Numbered from the stretch's first letter, positions 38,289 through 47,874 are shown. The stretch is 64,000 bases of DNA from an uncultured Candidatus Finniella sp. (GCA_964424515.1 CAYRJJ010000001.1:1747-65746); one strand, 5' to 3'. A program made the numbers and translations. Notes: generated by a model not told the origin, from the sequence alone.

Positions 38289-39551
38289 TCAAACTCTCTT
38301 TAGCACAAGAGAAGCATTGGTGCCGCCAAACCCGAAAGAATTGGAAAGGGCAATGGCGATAGGGCGTGATTTTGCTTGATGGGGGACGAGGTCGAGATCA
38401 TGGAAGCCGTCTGAAGGGTTGTCCAGGTTAAGGGTAGGGGGGGCGACCTGATCCCGAAGGGCAAGGGCGCAAAAAATCGCTTCAATGCTCCCGGCAGCCC
38501 CTAACAGATGCCCGATAGCGGACTTTGTGGAGGACATGGAGGCGGATTTGATATGATCGCCAAATAAACGTTTAACAGCGGCGACTTCAACAGCATCCCC
38601 TAAAGGCGTTGACGTGCCATGGGCGTTAATGTAATCGACTTGTTCTGGCAAAACGCCAGCGTTTTTCAAGGCGGCACGCATGGCGCGGAATCCGCCATTC
38701 CCGTCTTCCGCCGGGGCGGTTACATGGTGAGCGTCGCCAGACATTCCATAGCCAATGACTTCCGCATAGAGTTTAGCGCCGCGCCGCCTGGCATGTTCAT
38801 ATTCTTCCAGCACAACAATGCCAGAGCCTTCCCCCATTACAAATCCGTCACGTCCCTCATCCCATGGGCGGGAGGCTTTTTCGGGCGTATCATTATATTG
38901 GGTGGAGAGGGCGCGGGCTGCGGCGAATCCTGCCATGCCAATGCGGCACACGGCGGCTTCGGTTCCCCCTGCAACCATGACATCCGCGTCTCCATACTGG
39001 ATCATGCGGGAAGCGTCGCCAATGGCATGGGCACCTGTTGCGCAGGCTGTAACAACCGCATGGTTTGGCCCTTTGAAGCCGTATTTAATGGAAACATGCC
39101 CGGAGGCCAGGTTAATGAGGCATGCAGGGATGAAAAAAGGGCTGACCCGGCGGGGACCGCTTTCCTTTAAAATATGGGAGGTTCTCTCAATTTCAGGCAA
39201 GCCGCCAATGCCTGAACCGATCATAACGCCTGTGCGTTCACAAGATTCGTCATCTTCGGGCATCCAGCCGGAATCTTCTATGGCCTGGGTGGCTGCTGCA
39301 ACGGCGTACAAGATGAACCGGTCAACTTTGCGCTGGTCTTTAGATGACATGTAACGGTCAGGCTGGAATAATCCGGGACCATCCCCCTCAAGAACGGTTC
39401 CGCCAATTTTGGCAGGCAAGTCTGAGACGTCAAAGGAGGTAATCGCCCGGATGCCGGATTGCCCGGAAATCAACTTTTTCCAGGTATGTTCAGCTCCATT
39501 AGCCAAAGGGGAAACCACGCCGATACCGGTAATAACAACGCGACGTGTCAT
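38289..39551 (-). CDS. fabF: 3-oxoacyl-ACP synthase II
   Basis: 420 aa. Active-site ACATG, the HGTSTP His, and the NSFGFGGTN tail. Confidence 0.95.
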   Translation of the reverse strand: MTRRVVITGIGVVSPLANGAEHTWKKLISGQSGIRAITSFDVSDLPAKIGGTVLEGDGPGLFQPDRYMSSKDQRKVDRFILYAVAAATQAIEDSGWMPEDDESCERTGVMIGSGIGGLPEIERTSHILKESGPRRVSPFFIPACLINLASGHVSIKYGFKGPNHAVVTACATGAHAIGDASRMIQYGDADVMVAGGTEAAVCRIGMAGFAAARALSTQYNDTPEKASRPWDEGRDGFVMGEGSGIVVLEEYEHARRRGAKLYAEVIGYGMSGDAHHVTAPAEDGNGGFRAMRAALKNAGVLPEQVDYINAHGTSTPLGDAVEVAAVKRLFGDHIKSASMSSTKSAIGHLLGAAGSIEAIFCALALRDQVAPPTLNLDNPSDGFHDLDLVPHQAKSRPIAIALSNSFGFGGTNASLVLKRV

Positions 39552-39595
39552 GGTTTCTCTTTACCTTTGTTGAAAATGATGATCAAATTTATTAT

Positions 39596-39844
39596 CTAGG
39601 AGTGCGTTGACGTATTCTCGGCTTCGATATAAGAAATGGCATCTTTAACAGTTCGCAGTTTTTCAGCAGCGTCATCAGGAATCGTACACCCGAATTCTTC
39701 TTCAAATTCCATAATCAATTCGACGGTATCCAGACTGTCAGCGCCCAAGTCATCAATGAAGCTGGCGTTTTCAGTGACTTTGCTTTGATCAACATCCAGG
39801 TGCTTGATGATGATTTCTTTAACACGTGTCGCAACTTCGGTCAT
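39596..39844 (-). CDS. acpP: Acyl carrier protein
   Basis: [19 protein letters not shown] phosphopantetheine-attachment motif. ATG at 39844 chosen. Confidence 0.95.
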   Translation of the reverse strand: MTEVATRVKEIIIKHLDVDQSKVTENASFIDDLGADSLDTVELIMEFEEEFGCTIPDDAAEKLRTVKDAISYIEAENTSTHS

Positions 39845-40046
39845 TTTCCTTCCTCTCATTAATTTTGTGCATCACCTTATCGCCTTGTACCGAACCTTTA
39901 AATTAAGATCCAAAGACAATCCTGTCTCTAATTACCCTGATTTTTGTCATAATTCAAGCTTTCTCTCTGAGGAGTCTGGAAAAATGAACATTCTCATTTC
40001 TTCTTCGATTTTTAAGCCATCTACAGCGTGATTTTTGCGTTTCCGG

Positions 40047-40148
40047 TACGCGCCTTAAGCTAAACTATGCTTTGCGTCCCGGTTCTCAAAATCACTTGCC
40101 TTTGACGCAAAAGTTTCTTGAATAAATGGTAAGTTTATTATTTCCAGA
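40047..40148. repeat. Dispersed repeat R5, copy 1
   Basis: It shares ...gctttgcgt...tttcttgaataaa(t/g)gtaa(g/a)gtttattatttccaga with 59459-59547 in the same orientation. It contains the internal hairpin ctttgcgtc/gacgcaaag. It lies just 3' of the fabG stop. Confidence 0.5.
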
Positions 40149-40152
40149 CCCC

Positions 40153-40905
40153 CTAACTCATTAACATCCCCCCGTTAATATGAAGCGTCTGGCCTGTAAT
40201 ATAGCCAGCTTCCGGGCTGGCCAGGTAGACCGCTCCGGTGGCGATTTCTTCGGGGGTTCCCATTCGTCCTTGGGGGATAGACGTTAAAATTTTTTCCTTC
40301 ACATTTTCGGGCAAATCATCCGTCATGGCTGAAGCGATAAATCCGGGGGCAATGCAATTAACTGTTATACCGCGGCTGGCAACTTCCTGGGCAAGGGATT
40401 TGGAGAGGCCAATAACGCCAGCTTTGGTTGCTGCATAATTTGACTGACCCGTATTTCCTGTGAGACCCACAACGGAACTGATATTAATGATTCGTCCTGT
40501 GCGGCGTTTCATCATGGATTTTAAAGCAGCCCGGCACAGACGAAAGCAGGATGTCAGGTTTACATCCAGAACTTGCGCCCAATCTTCATCTTTCAGGCGT
40601 ATGGAAAGCCCATCGCGGGTAATGCTGGCATTGTTGACGAGAATATCCACTTTACCCATGAGTTCTTCCGCTTTTGGAAACAGGCTTTCTATGGCTTGGG
40701 GATTCGCCAGGTTACAAGGGATAACATAAACCTGATTTTTTGAACCTGTCGCTTTTAATTCCGCAGCCAGGGATTGAAGCGCCTCTTCGCGTGTACCAGA
40801 AATGGCAAGGGTTGCGCCTTGAGCATGGAAAGCACGGGCGATTGCGCTGCCAATTCCCCCTGAAGCGCCTGTAATGAGCGCCATCTGATCCGTTAGGTGA
40901 AACAT
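40153..40905 (-). CDS. fabG: 3-oxoacyl-ACP reductase
   Basis: 250 aa. TGASGGIG, NNASI, and the YAATKAG catalytic motif. Confidence 0.95.
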   Translation of the reverse strand: MFHLTDQMALITGASGGIGSAIARAFHAQGATLAISGTREEALQSLAAELKATGSKNQVYVIPCNLANPQAIESLFPKAEELMGKVDILVNNASITRDGLSIRLKDEDWAQVLDVNLTSCFRLCRAALKSMMKRRTGRIINISSVVGLTGNTGQSNYAATKAGVIGLSKSLAQEVASRGITVNCIAPGFIASAMTDDLPENVKEKILTSIPQGRMGTPEEIATGAVYLASPEAGYITGQTLHINGGMLMS

Positions 40906-40930
40906 TTTTTATTCCTTATTTTGAGAGGCG

Positions 40931-41872
40931 TTAGAGGGTCTGAAGAAACGTATCCATATCTTTTGGCGTATTAATAGCGCTGGCATTGAGGCCGGGGTCG
41001 ATGCGTTTAATGAGACCGGTTAAAACTTTTCCAGCGCCAATCTCAATAATATTTGTGCTACCCAGGCTCCCTAAATTCAACCCGATTTCCCGCCACCGGA
41101 CGCGCTTGGTGATTTGCTCAATGAGCAAGGACTGAATGAGCGTATTCTCTTTTGCTGGCATCGCGGTGACATTGGACATGATGGGCTTTTGCGCCTCTCT
41201 CATGGGCGTGTCTTTTAAGGCCGTTGCCATTACTTTAGCGGCAGGTTCCATAAGGGAGCAGTGGAAAGGGGCGCTGACCGCCAGGGGCATCGCACGTTTG
41301 GCCCCCCGTTCAAGCGCAAGCGAAATGGCCCGGTCAATGGCGCCCTTGTGGCCGCTTAAGACGATTTGGCCGGGTGAATTATCGTTAGCGATGACGCAAA
41401 CTTCGCCCAAAGCGGCATCATTGGCTAAGACTTCAACCTCATGCGCATTAAGCCCTAAAATAGCTGCCATAGCGCCAACGCCCACAGGAACCGCTTCTTG
41501 CATGGCTTGACCCCGTAAACGAAGCAAACGGGCTGTATCGACGAGGGAAAAAAACCCTGTGGCGCATAATGCCGTGTATTCGCCTAATGAATGTCCAGCC
41601 AGATAAGCGCATAAAGAAGGGAGGGACTTTCCTGTTTCAGCTTCCAGGCTGCGTACAATCGCCATACTCACAGCCATCAGGGCGGGTTGGGCATTTTCCG
41701 TTAATGTCAGCTTGTCTTGGGGGCCTTCCAGAATGAGAAGGCTCAGTTTTTGTTGCAAAGCTTCATCAACCTCTTCAAAAACTTGCCGGGCGGCAGGGAA
41801 AGTTTCAATAAACCCTCGTCCCATGCCAACGCATTGAGAGCCTTGTCCAGGAAAGGTAAATGAAATCGACAT
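40931..41872 (-). CDS. fabD: Malonyl-CoA:ACP transacylase
   Basis: FTFPGQGSQ and GHSLGEY motifs. ATG at 41872 follows GGAAGGA; the ORF-track start at 41887 is TTG. Confidence 0.93.
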   Translation of the reverse strand: MSISFTFPGQGSQCVGMGRGFIETFPAARQVFEEVDEALQQKLSLLILEGPQDKLTLTENAQPALMAVSMAIVRSLEAETGKSLPSLCAYLAGHSLGEYTALCATGFFSLVDTARLLRLRGQAMQEAVPVGVGAMAAILGLNAHEVEVLANDAALGEVCVIANDNSPGQIVLSGHKGAIDRAISLALERGAKRAMPLAVSAPFHCSLMEPAAKVMATALKDTPMREAQKPIMSNVTAMPAKENTLIQSLLIEQITKRVRWREIGLNLGSLGSTNIIEIGAGKVLTGLIKRIDPGLNASAINTPKDMDTFLQTL

Positions 41873-41897
41873 CAGAGATCCTTCCAAATTTTATATT

Positions 41898-42884
41898 TTA
41901 CAATAATTGATTGTATTCTTTATACCAGGCCACTAAAAGAGGGATTCCCGTATGGATACGGGTGGATGGCGCATAACCAAAGTCCCGGGCAGCGGCGGAG
42001 ATATCGGCTGATGTTACGGGAACGTCTCCATCCTGCAGGGGCAAGAAATTTTTGATTGCCGTGATATTTAATGACTTTTCCAGAATTTCAATAAAGTCCA
42101 TGAGGGATTCACTATGATGGTTCCCTAAATTATAGACAGGATGCAAGTGATCTCTCGCCACCTTGGGGATGTGGGCTAACGCCCCTAAAATACCATCCAC
42201 AATATCATTGATATAAGTATAGTCCCGTGCCATTTTTCCATGGTTATAAACATCAATCGGTTCACCTCCCACCATGGCCTTTATAAATTTGAAGGCGGAC
42301 ATATCTGGCCGTCCCCAAGGTCCATAAACCGTAAAGAACCGTAAACCTGTTACGGGAAGGCTATATAAAGAGTGGTAGGACTGCGCCATAAGCTCATTGC
42401 TTCGTTTCGTTGCTGCGTATAAGGACATCGGTGAGTCTGTGCGGTGTGTTTCGGAAAAAGGCATTTCCTTATTCGTTCCATACACGGAAGATGTGCTTGC
42501 GTAGACCAGATGCTGAAAGCCTGGTTGATACCGGCACAACTCCAGAATCACCATAAAACCCATGATATTGCTTGTAATGTAGGGATAGGGGTCAAGCAGG
42601 GAATAACGAACGCCCGCCTGGGCTGCCAAATGAATGACATGATGAATGGGAGCATGGGCATCCCAGACGTTTTTCATGTCTTCCCGGCTGCTTATATCAA
42701 CATTATGGAAGTGAAAGTCAGGATAAGCCTGAAGGCGCTTAAGGCGGTCTTCCTTCAGCTTAACGCTGTAATAGGGGTTCATATTATCAACGCCGACAAC
42801 GGTTTTCCCTTGTTTTAAAAGAGAAAGCGCCGTGTGGAAACCAATAAACCCGGCGGCCCCCGTTACCATAACAGGTAATATCAT
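41898..42884 (-). CDS. NAD-dependent sugar-nucleotide epimerase (UDP-glucuronate 4-epimerase-like SDR)
   Basis: 328 aa. VTGAAGFIGFH Rossmann motif and the YAATK catalytic motif of extended SDRs. Confidence 0.85.
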   Translation of the reverse strand: MILPVMVTGAAGFIGFHTALSLLKQGKTVVGVDNMNPYYSVKLKEDRLKRLQAYPDFHFHNVDISSREDMKNVWDAHAPIHHVIHLAAQAGVRYSLLDPYPYITSNIMGFMVILELCRYQPGFQHLVYASTSSVYGTNKEMPFSETHRTDSPMSLYAATKRSNELMAQSYHSLYSLPVTGLRFFTVYGPWGRPDMSAFKFIKAMVGGEPIDVYNHGKMARDYTYINDIVDGILGALAHIPKVARDHLHPVYNLGNHHSESLMDFIEILEKSLNITAIKNFLPLQDGDVPVTSADISAAARDFGYAPSTRIHTGIPLLVAWYKEYNQLL

Positions 42885-43135
42885 GGTCTAGCCGGCTTTA
42901 ATTCGCAGCATAGGACAAAGTAACGACAATTTTTCACCATAGCCCTAAGGGGGATCCAGACCCGACTGAACGTTCCGCCATACTATATGCTCCTTCTTGC
43001 ACCCGATAATGGGAAAACTATAAGGTATTGAGATAGTGAACTCAAGGGGTTTGGCGGAATTGTTTTTCTTCCATAGACCATCCTTCTTCATACTGTAAAA
43101 ATACTTCCCGGCATTCTTGATGTATTTTAATAAAA

Positions 43136-43373
43136 CCTGATTACCAACAATGTTCAGCTTGCTTTTGGGGCTTATTAAAACTAGGAGAATTCTTGATGTT
43201 TTACGACACATACCCCTAAATTTGACCAGGATTTTGTAAAAATAAACCGTCTAAAGCCAGTTGCTACGACAAAAATTAACCTCCATAACATATACTTAAA
43301 CCCAAGGAATCACTGGCTAAATCAATGAATTTCCTAGTCCTGAAAAGCAAGCTGAACATTGTTGGTAATCAGG
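43136..43373. mobile_element. MITE-like element R6 (238 bp, perfect 31-bp TIRs, 8-bp TSD TAATAAAA)
   Basis: 43136-43166 is cctgattaccaacaatgttcagcttgctttt, the exact reverse complement of 43343-43373. Flanking direct repeat taataaaa at 43128-43135 and 43374-43381. There is no ORF of transposase size inside. Confidence 0.8.
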
Positions 43374-43424
43374 TAATAAAATGATCTGCGCCGGGTTTCG
43401 CTTCTCATCGCGCCTGCCAGATAG

Positions 43425-44450
43425 CTAACACTGCCGTTCAAGGCTATATTCGATTAAGCCTGCCAACAAGTTTTTGATGGGATGCTCAGGGAGCGTCTCA
43501 AGAGCCTGACGCGCTTTTTCCCCATAGACGACGGCCAGGTCATAAGCTTTACGCAAGCCATTGCGCTTGTGAAGGATCTCGATGGCTGTGGCTAAATCTT
43601 CCGGTGTTTGGCGTTGATCAATAAGGGTCCTTTTAAAAAATTGTTTTTCATCGTTTTGGCAGTGAGGGTAGGCCAGGATAACGGGAAGCGTGAGCTTCCC
43701 TTCTTTAAAATCATCACCGGCTTCTTTGCCCAGGCATCCGGCATTCGCGCAATAGTCAAGAATATCATCAATAATCTGGAAAGCCATGCCCAGGTTTTGC
43801 CCGTAAGCGCTTAAAGCGGAAGCATGCACGGTAGCGTTCGCCATGAGGGCGCTGACCTCACAGGCTGCGGCAAACAACGTTGCCGTTTTTGCCTCAATAA
43901 TACGTAAGGAGTCTTCAACTGTGATATCCAGGTTATGGCAAAGAGAAAGCTGGAGGACTTCTCCTTCAGAAATGCAAGCGGCTGCATCGGCCAGGATCTT
44001 TAAAACTTCAGCATGATTAGCTTTGATCATGAGTTGAAAAGACCGGGCGAACAAGAAATCGCCAACGAGAACGCTCGCCTCGTTTCCCCAGAGGTCATTG
44101 GCCGTAGGGAGGTTCCGGCGTAACTTGGACTCATCAATGACATCATCGTGAAGAAGCGTAGCGGTGTGGATAAATTCAACCGCTGCCGCTAACCCGAGCG
44201 CCTCCTCTCCTTCTTCTTTAAAAAGGCGGAAGCTGGCGACGGTGAGCAAAGGCCGCAAGCGCTTGCCGCCCGCATGGATCAGATGGCGCCCTATGGTTGG
44301 AATCAGGGAAATGGAGCTATCAAGATGGCGGTCAATGATCTGGTCAACCTTTCTCATATCCTCATGAAGAAGGATTTTCAGGGTTAAGAGGGGGTCATGA
44401 TCACTTTTTTTGAGAGCGGCTAGGGGCATTGAGCTAAAAAATCCATCCAT
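43425..44450 (-). CDS. ispB: Polyprenyl (octaprenyl) diphosphate synthase
   Basis: 341 aa. First and second Asp-rich motifs LLHDDVIDES and IIDDILD. Confidence 0.9.
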   Translation of the reverse strand: MDGFFSSMPLAALKKSDHDPLLTLKILLHEDMRKVDQIIDRHLDSSISLIPTIGRHLIHAGGKRLRPLLTVASFRLFKEEGEEALGLAAAVEFIHTATLLHDDVIDESKLRRNLPTANDLWGNEASVLVGDFLFARSFQLMIKANHAEVLKILADAAACISEGEVLQLSLCHNLDITVEDSLRIIEAKTATLFAAACEVSALMANATVHASALSAYGQNLGMAFQIIDDILDYCANAGCLGKEAGDDFKEGKLTLPVILAYPHCQNDEKQFFKRTLIDQRQTPEDLATAIEILHKRNGLRKAYDLAVVYGEKARQALETLPEHPIKNLLAGLIEYSLERQC

Positions 44451-44568
44451 TTGTTAATCTCTCCTTCAATCTAGCTTGTAAAAGAGCTAGGATATAGAAA
44501 AAAATGATGTAACCTTCTCGCTTATTGAGAGTATGTGAAAAAATCCGCAAAAGGAGCTTATAAAAAGA

Positions 44569-45309
44569 GTGCAACAGGCTATAACACAAGATTATTTATT
44601 AGGAGGGCGGATTCAGATTCGCCAGCCAGCGGAAGGGTACCGTGTTGCGATTGATCCCATTTTTTTAGCAGCCTCCATTCAACCAGACCCTGGGGCGACA
44701 ATCCTGGATATTGGAGCAGGGGTTGGGGCTGCGTCCCTATGTTTAGCGGCCCGTATTCCGGATTGCCGCATAACGGGACTTGAGCCGCAGCGGGATGCCG
44801 TTCGATTGGCCTTTGATAACATCATCTTGAATGCCATGCGGGACCGTGTTGAAATTTTAGCGGGAGATCTTTTGCGCCCGCCCCCCCGCCTTGCAGCAGG
44901 GACTTTTGCGCATGTTATGGCAAATCCTCCTTATCTGGGGAATGCGGATCATACGCCTTCCTCAACAGTTCAAAAAGCCCAATCTCACGGGGAAGGGGAG
45001 GCGGCCCTTGAACATTGGGTCCGTTTCGCCTTATTGATGGTGCGGCCCAAGGGGACGGTAACATTTATCCATCGGGCGGACCGGATCGATATGCTTTTGA
45101 GCTATTTTGCAGGGAAAATGGGGAATATCGTCATTTACCCGCTTTGGCCAGGACAAGATAAGCCGGCCAAGCGCGTGCTGGTTCAGGGGTGTAAAAATGC
45201 GAATGGCTCTGCCCGTCTTTTATCCGGCATGATCTTGCATGGCAGCGATGGCCGGTTTACCCCTCAGGCGGAGGCGGTTTTGCGTGATGGCGTCGGGTTA
45301 ATTTTTTAA
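44569..45309 (+). CDS. SAM-dependent N6-adenine-type methyltransferase (NPPY motif; TrmN6/YfiC-like)
   Basis: 246 aa. ILDIGAGVGAASL SAM motif and VMANPPY catalytic motif. GTG start. Confidence 0.75.
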   Translation: MQQAITQDYLLGGRIQIRQPAEGYRVAIDPIFLAASIQPDPGATILDIGAGVGAASLCLAARIPDCRITGLEPQRDAVRLAFDNIILNAMRDRVEILAGDLLRPPPRLAAGTFAHVMANPPYLGNADHTPSSTVQKAQSHGEGEAALEHWVRFALLMVRPKGTVTFIHRADRIDMLLSYFAGKMGNIVIYPLWPGQDKPAKRVLVQGCKNANGSARLLSGMILHGSDGRFTPQAEAVLRDGVGLIF

Positions 45310-45321
45310 AGACGGGCTTAC

Positions 45322-45936
45322 ATGTTTCGTAAATTCTCGCACTGGTTTGATTCTCCCCCTGCGGGCAAAGCTTCTCATCATGCAGGGGGGCGACCTTGCG
45401 GGTCTCCGGGGTGCCTTGATGAAGGAATGTACCGGGCGCCAAAGTCGCGGCATCACTTGGAATTGGGGGTGGATGACTGGCATTGGTTTTGCCTGATTCA
45501 CGTGCGCGACTATAATGCCCAATGGAATTATTACAGCAATATGTCAGAGACGCAGATTGAACAGGAACGCCGTGCAGATATGACATGGCAACGTCCCTCA
45601 TGGCCCCTTGGGGCTTTTTCGGGCATGCAAGCCGGGAAAAAAAGAGGGCAGCAGGCCCATTCCGGACAATCATTTCAAGATCCCTTTGACCTTTTTAAGG
45701 ATGCCCCTTCATCCCCCCATGCTTTTCCCCAGCCAGGTTTTTCTCCCCGGTCCCCGGAAGGGAAAGCGCTCACCATTTTTGGGTTATCCTACCCTTATTC
45801 GCAGAGTGAGCTGCGGCAACGGTACCGGACCCTTGTCAAAAAGAACCATCCGGATACCAATGGGGGTAGCCGAGAAGCGGAAGAAGCCATTAAGCGCATT
45901 AATGAGGCATATGAAGTTCTGAAAGGGATCTGCTAG
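45322..45936 (+). CDS. C-terminal J-domain protein
   Basis: 204 aa. The C-terminus LRQRYRTLVKKNHPDTNGGSREAEEAIKRINEAYEVLK is a J-domain with HPD. The N-terminus is Cys/His/Trp-rich. Confidence 0.8.
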   Translation: MFRKFSHWFDSPPAGKASHHAGGRPCGSPGCLDEGMYRAPKSRHHLELGVDDWHWFCLIHVRDYNAQWNYYSNMSETQIEQERRADMTWQRPSWPLGAFSGMQAGKKRGQQAHSGQSFQDPFDLFKDAPSSPHAFPQPGFSPRSPEGKALTIFGLSYPYSQSELRQRYRTLVKKNHPDTNGGSREAEEAIKRINEAYEVLKGIC

Positions 45937-46079
45937 GGCGCCTCATCAATTGTCATCTTTTGGTCTGCAAGTGGCGGTTTTCTGCGCTTCCGTTTCTAAA
46001 AATACGTCTTTGTATTCTGCGTTACGGCTCTCGAAACCCGCCATTTTCGCCACAAAATCCTTCAATTGATGACATGCCC
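45936..46079. mobile_element. MITE-like element R3, copy 2 (144 bp, inverted relative to copy 1)
   Basis: It aligns end to end with the reverse complement of 10661-10806. It starts within or at the stop codon of the J-domain gene. Confidence 0.7.
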
Positions 46080-46381
46080 TAGGGGACGGGTGGGTTTTCA
46101 GTCCGTTTCCAGCCGGCAATGATAGTTGTGCTCATTAACAGTCTTTAAACTTTTACTCTCTAGGCTCCCTCCACTTTTGTAAAAATAGCAGGACAAAGTA
46201 TGTAATTTATTCAAAATAAACAATAAATTAAAAAGGTTGGATAGAACATAAGCCATTATGGGCAATTTAAAAATTTGACCCATCCTGCGGGCAATCTCTA
46301 TAACCTCCCTGTGTGGTTCAATTTTGCTCCCGCTTAACTCTGCGGTTGCTATGTCGCTGCGAGTCAGAAAGGATGAGGATC

Positions 46382-46657
46382 ATGGTCCCTGTTATCAAAG
46401 ATACTATTTTGAAAAAGCTGGGGTCCTTTTACTGGAATGCTTTTCATGACGGCAAATGGCATATCGCCTTGCAAGCGTTGGAATGGCACGGAAAAAATAG
46501 GGGGATGTTTGAAGCGCCCTATCTTTCAGAGGCTACACGCATCGCGGGCATAATGGAACAGCGGCGGCAGGACGAGTTGGCAGACGTTCGGGAAAGGCTT
46601 GATCCTGAGTTGACGCATCCCCCGCCTTCCGCAGAAGCGTCAGAGAGCGCCCGTTGA
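46382..46657 (+). CDS. Hypothetical protein (orphan)
   Basis: 91 aa from the ATG at 46382, which follows AGAAAGG. No recognised motif. Flanked by repeats R3 and R7. Confidence 0.4.
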   Translation: MVPVIKDTILKKLGSFYWNAFHDGKWHIALQALEWHGKNRGMFEAPYLSEATRIAGIMEQRRQDELADVRERLDPELTHPPPSAEASESAR

Positions 46658-46690
46658 AGAATTCGTCTTCACAATAAAGCGTTTATTCAG

Positions 46691-46957
46691 TTATCCCCCT
46701 TGTCGTCCGCGTCAGCTTCCGCCACCCGTTACGAGCCGTGAGGGCGGGTGGCGGGGATCTGATCAGACCCTGCAACCACGGCATCGCGCCCCGGCATCGC
46801 CAGGCGTAGAGGGGAAGCAGGAGCCTGGGAAGATGTCTGTTCGTTGCATTAACTTGTAAATCAAGGAATTTTCCGGAATGGGAAATTTCATCCCCGCTTC
46901 CCGCCGACGACCGCCGAGGGGAGGCGGGGCTGCTGACGCGGACAACAAGGGGGATAA
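46691..46957. repeat. Element R7: 267-bp GC-rich segment bounded by 26-bp inverted repeats
   Basis: 46691-46716 is ttatcccccttgtcgtccgcgtcagc, versus 46932-46957 gctgacgcggacaacaagggggataa (25/26 complementary). The interior holds strong hairpins (cgccacccg/cgggtggcg; ccccgcttcccgcc...ggggaggcgggg). Confidence 0.6.
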
Positions 46958-46980
46958 GAGATAAGGGGGGAGGGACAGGA

Positions 46981-47043
46981 TTAACTTGCCTCTTGCCGTT
47001 CGGCCTCGCGCGTGAGGCCGGGCAGATTGAAAAGCTGGTCGCG
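46981..47043. repeat. Dispersed repeat R4, partial copy (left arm plus core)
   Basis: ttaacttgcctcttgccgttcggcctcgcgcgtgaggccgggcagattgaaaagctggtcgcg aligns with 58535-58595. Confidence 0.5.
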
Positions 47044-47207
47044 AAGGGTAAATATATTCATATCCTTAAAAACGGTCTTGCCCGCATTTCAGCTTGTCAG
47101 GTTCCCTAACCTCATGGCATAAAGGGAAAACAATTGGCTTAACCCTGGGGCCGCAAATACTGGAAAACATCCTAAAAATTACATAATAATAGTGGAGTTT
47201 TACAATC

Positions 47208-47750
47208 GTGTTGATACAAAAAGAAAAAAAAATCATCTTTGCCTTAACCTCAAGCCTTTTCCTTCTGGCAGGGTGTCATGGCGATGTATCTCCCAAAGAA
47301 GGCCAAACCGTTCCTGTGGGGCGGGAGGAAGTCCGCAAAAGAGATTTCGGCCACTTGTTTGGGGATGAGTTCTTGAGTTTTGGCGGCCCGAAGAAGCCCG
47401 GGTCATCTGACATGGCCTCATCGGCTACCGTGAACCCATTCATTTGGCGGGCTTCTCTGGATACTCTCTCCTTTATGCCTCTCTCTTCCGCAGATGCGTT
47501 AGGCGGCGTGATTGTAACAGATTGGTATACGGCCCCGCGGACGCCCGAGGAGAGGATTAAGGTTACAATCTATGTCACAAATCCGCAATTGCGGACGGAT
47601 GCCATAAAGGCTACCATTTACAAGCAGGTCAATAAGGGAGGAACCTGGGTGAGCGCTCCTTCCGATGCGGCGGCTGCTACGCAAATGGAAAATATTATTC
47701 TGTCCCGGGCGCGTCAATTACGGGTAAAACATTTGGAAGCCAATAAATAA
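47208..47750 (+). CDS. DUF3576-like lipoprotein
   Basis: Lipobox LLAGC. The NPFIWRASLDTLSFMPL...VIVTDWY motif is typical of the alphaproteobacterial lipoprotein found upstream of leuS. GTG start follows GTGGAG. Confidence 0.75.
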   Translation: MLIQKEKKIIFALTSSLFLLAGCHGDVSPKEGQTVPVGREEVRKRDFGHLFGDEFLSFGGPKKPGSSDMASSATVNPFIWRASLDTLSFMPLSSADALGGVIVTDWYTAPRTPEERIKVTIYVTNPQLRTDAIKATIYKQVNKGGTWVSAPSDAAAATQMENIILSRARQLRVKHLEANK

Positions 47751-47829
47751 CTTGGAGAAACGGGAGATGAAAAGACCGCCTGATGTGGGGAGTCAAAAAA
47801 ACGGCTGTTCATTAGAACTCTATTCCTCA

Positions 47830-47874
47830 CGCTCCGGGCGAACGGCAAGGGGTGAGTTACTTCAGGCCGTGGGC
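47830..47874. repeat. Dispersed repeat R4, partial copy (right arm)
   Basis: cgctccgggcgaacggcaaggggtgagttacttcaggccgtgggc aligns with 58635-58679. It lies about 40 bp upstream of the leuS start. Confidence 0.45.

Noticed and set aside
42945-43211. 88-aa minus-strand ORF upstream of the epimerase gene.
   Set aside because: It runs across the left TIR of MITE R6. Conceptual excision of the MITE does not restore a longer gene with a start codon. No motifs.
45257-45673. 138-aa minus-strand ORF overlapping the methyltransferase 3' end and the J-domain gene.
   Set aside because: It is antisense to a J-domain protein with clear HPD motif support, and it has no features of its own.
46763-46948. 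61-aa ORF inside R7, and a 67-aa ORF at 47714-47917 across an R4 copy.
   Set aside because: These are GC-rich repeat sequences that give open frames by chance. There are no starts with an SD, and they overlap inverted-repeat structure.
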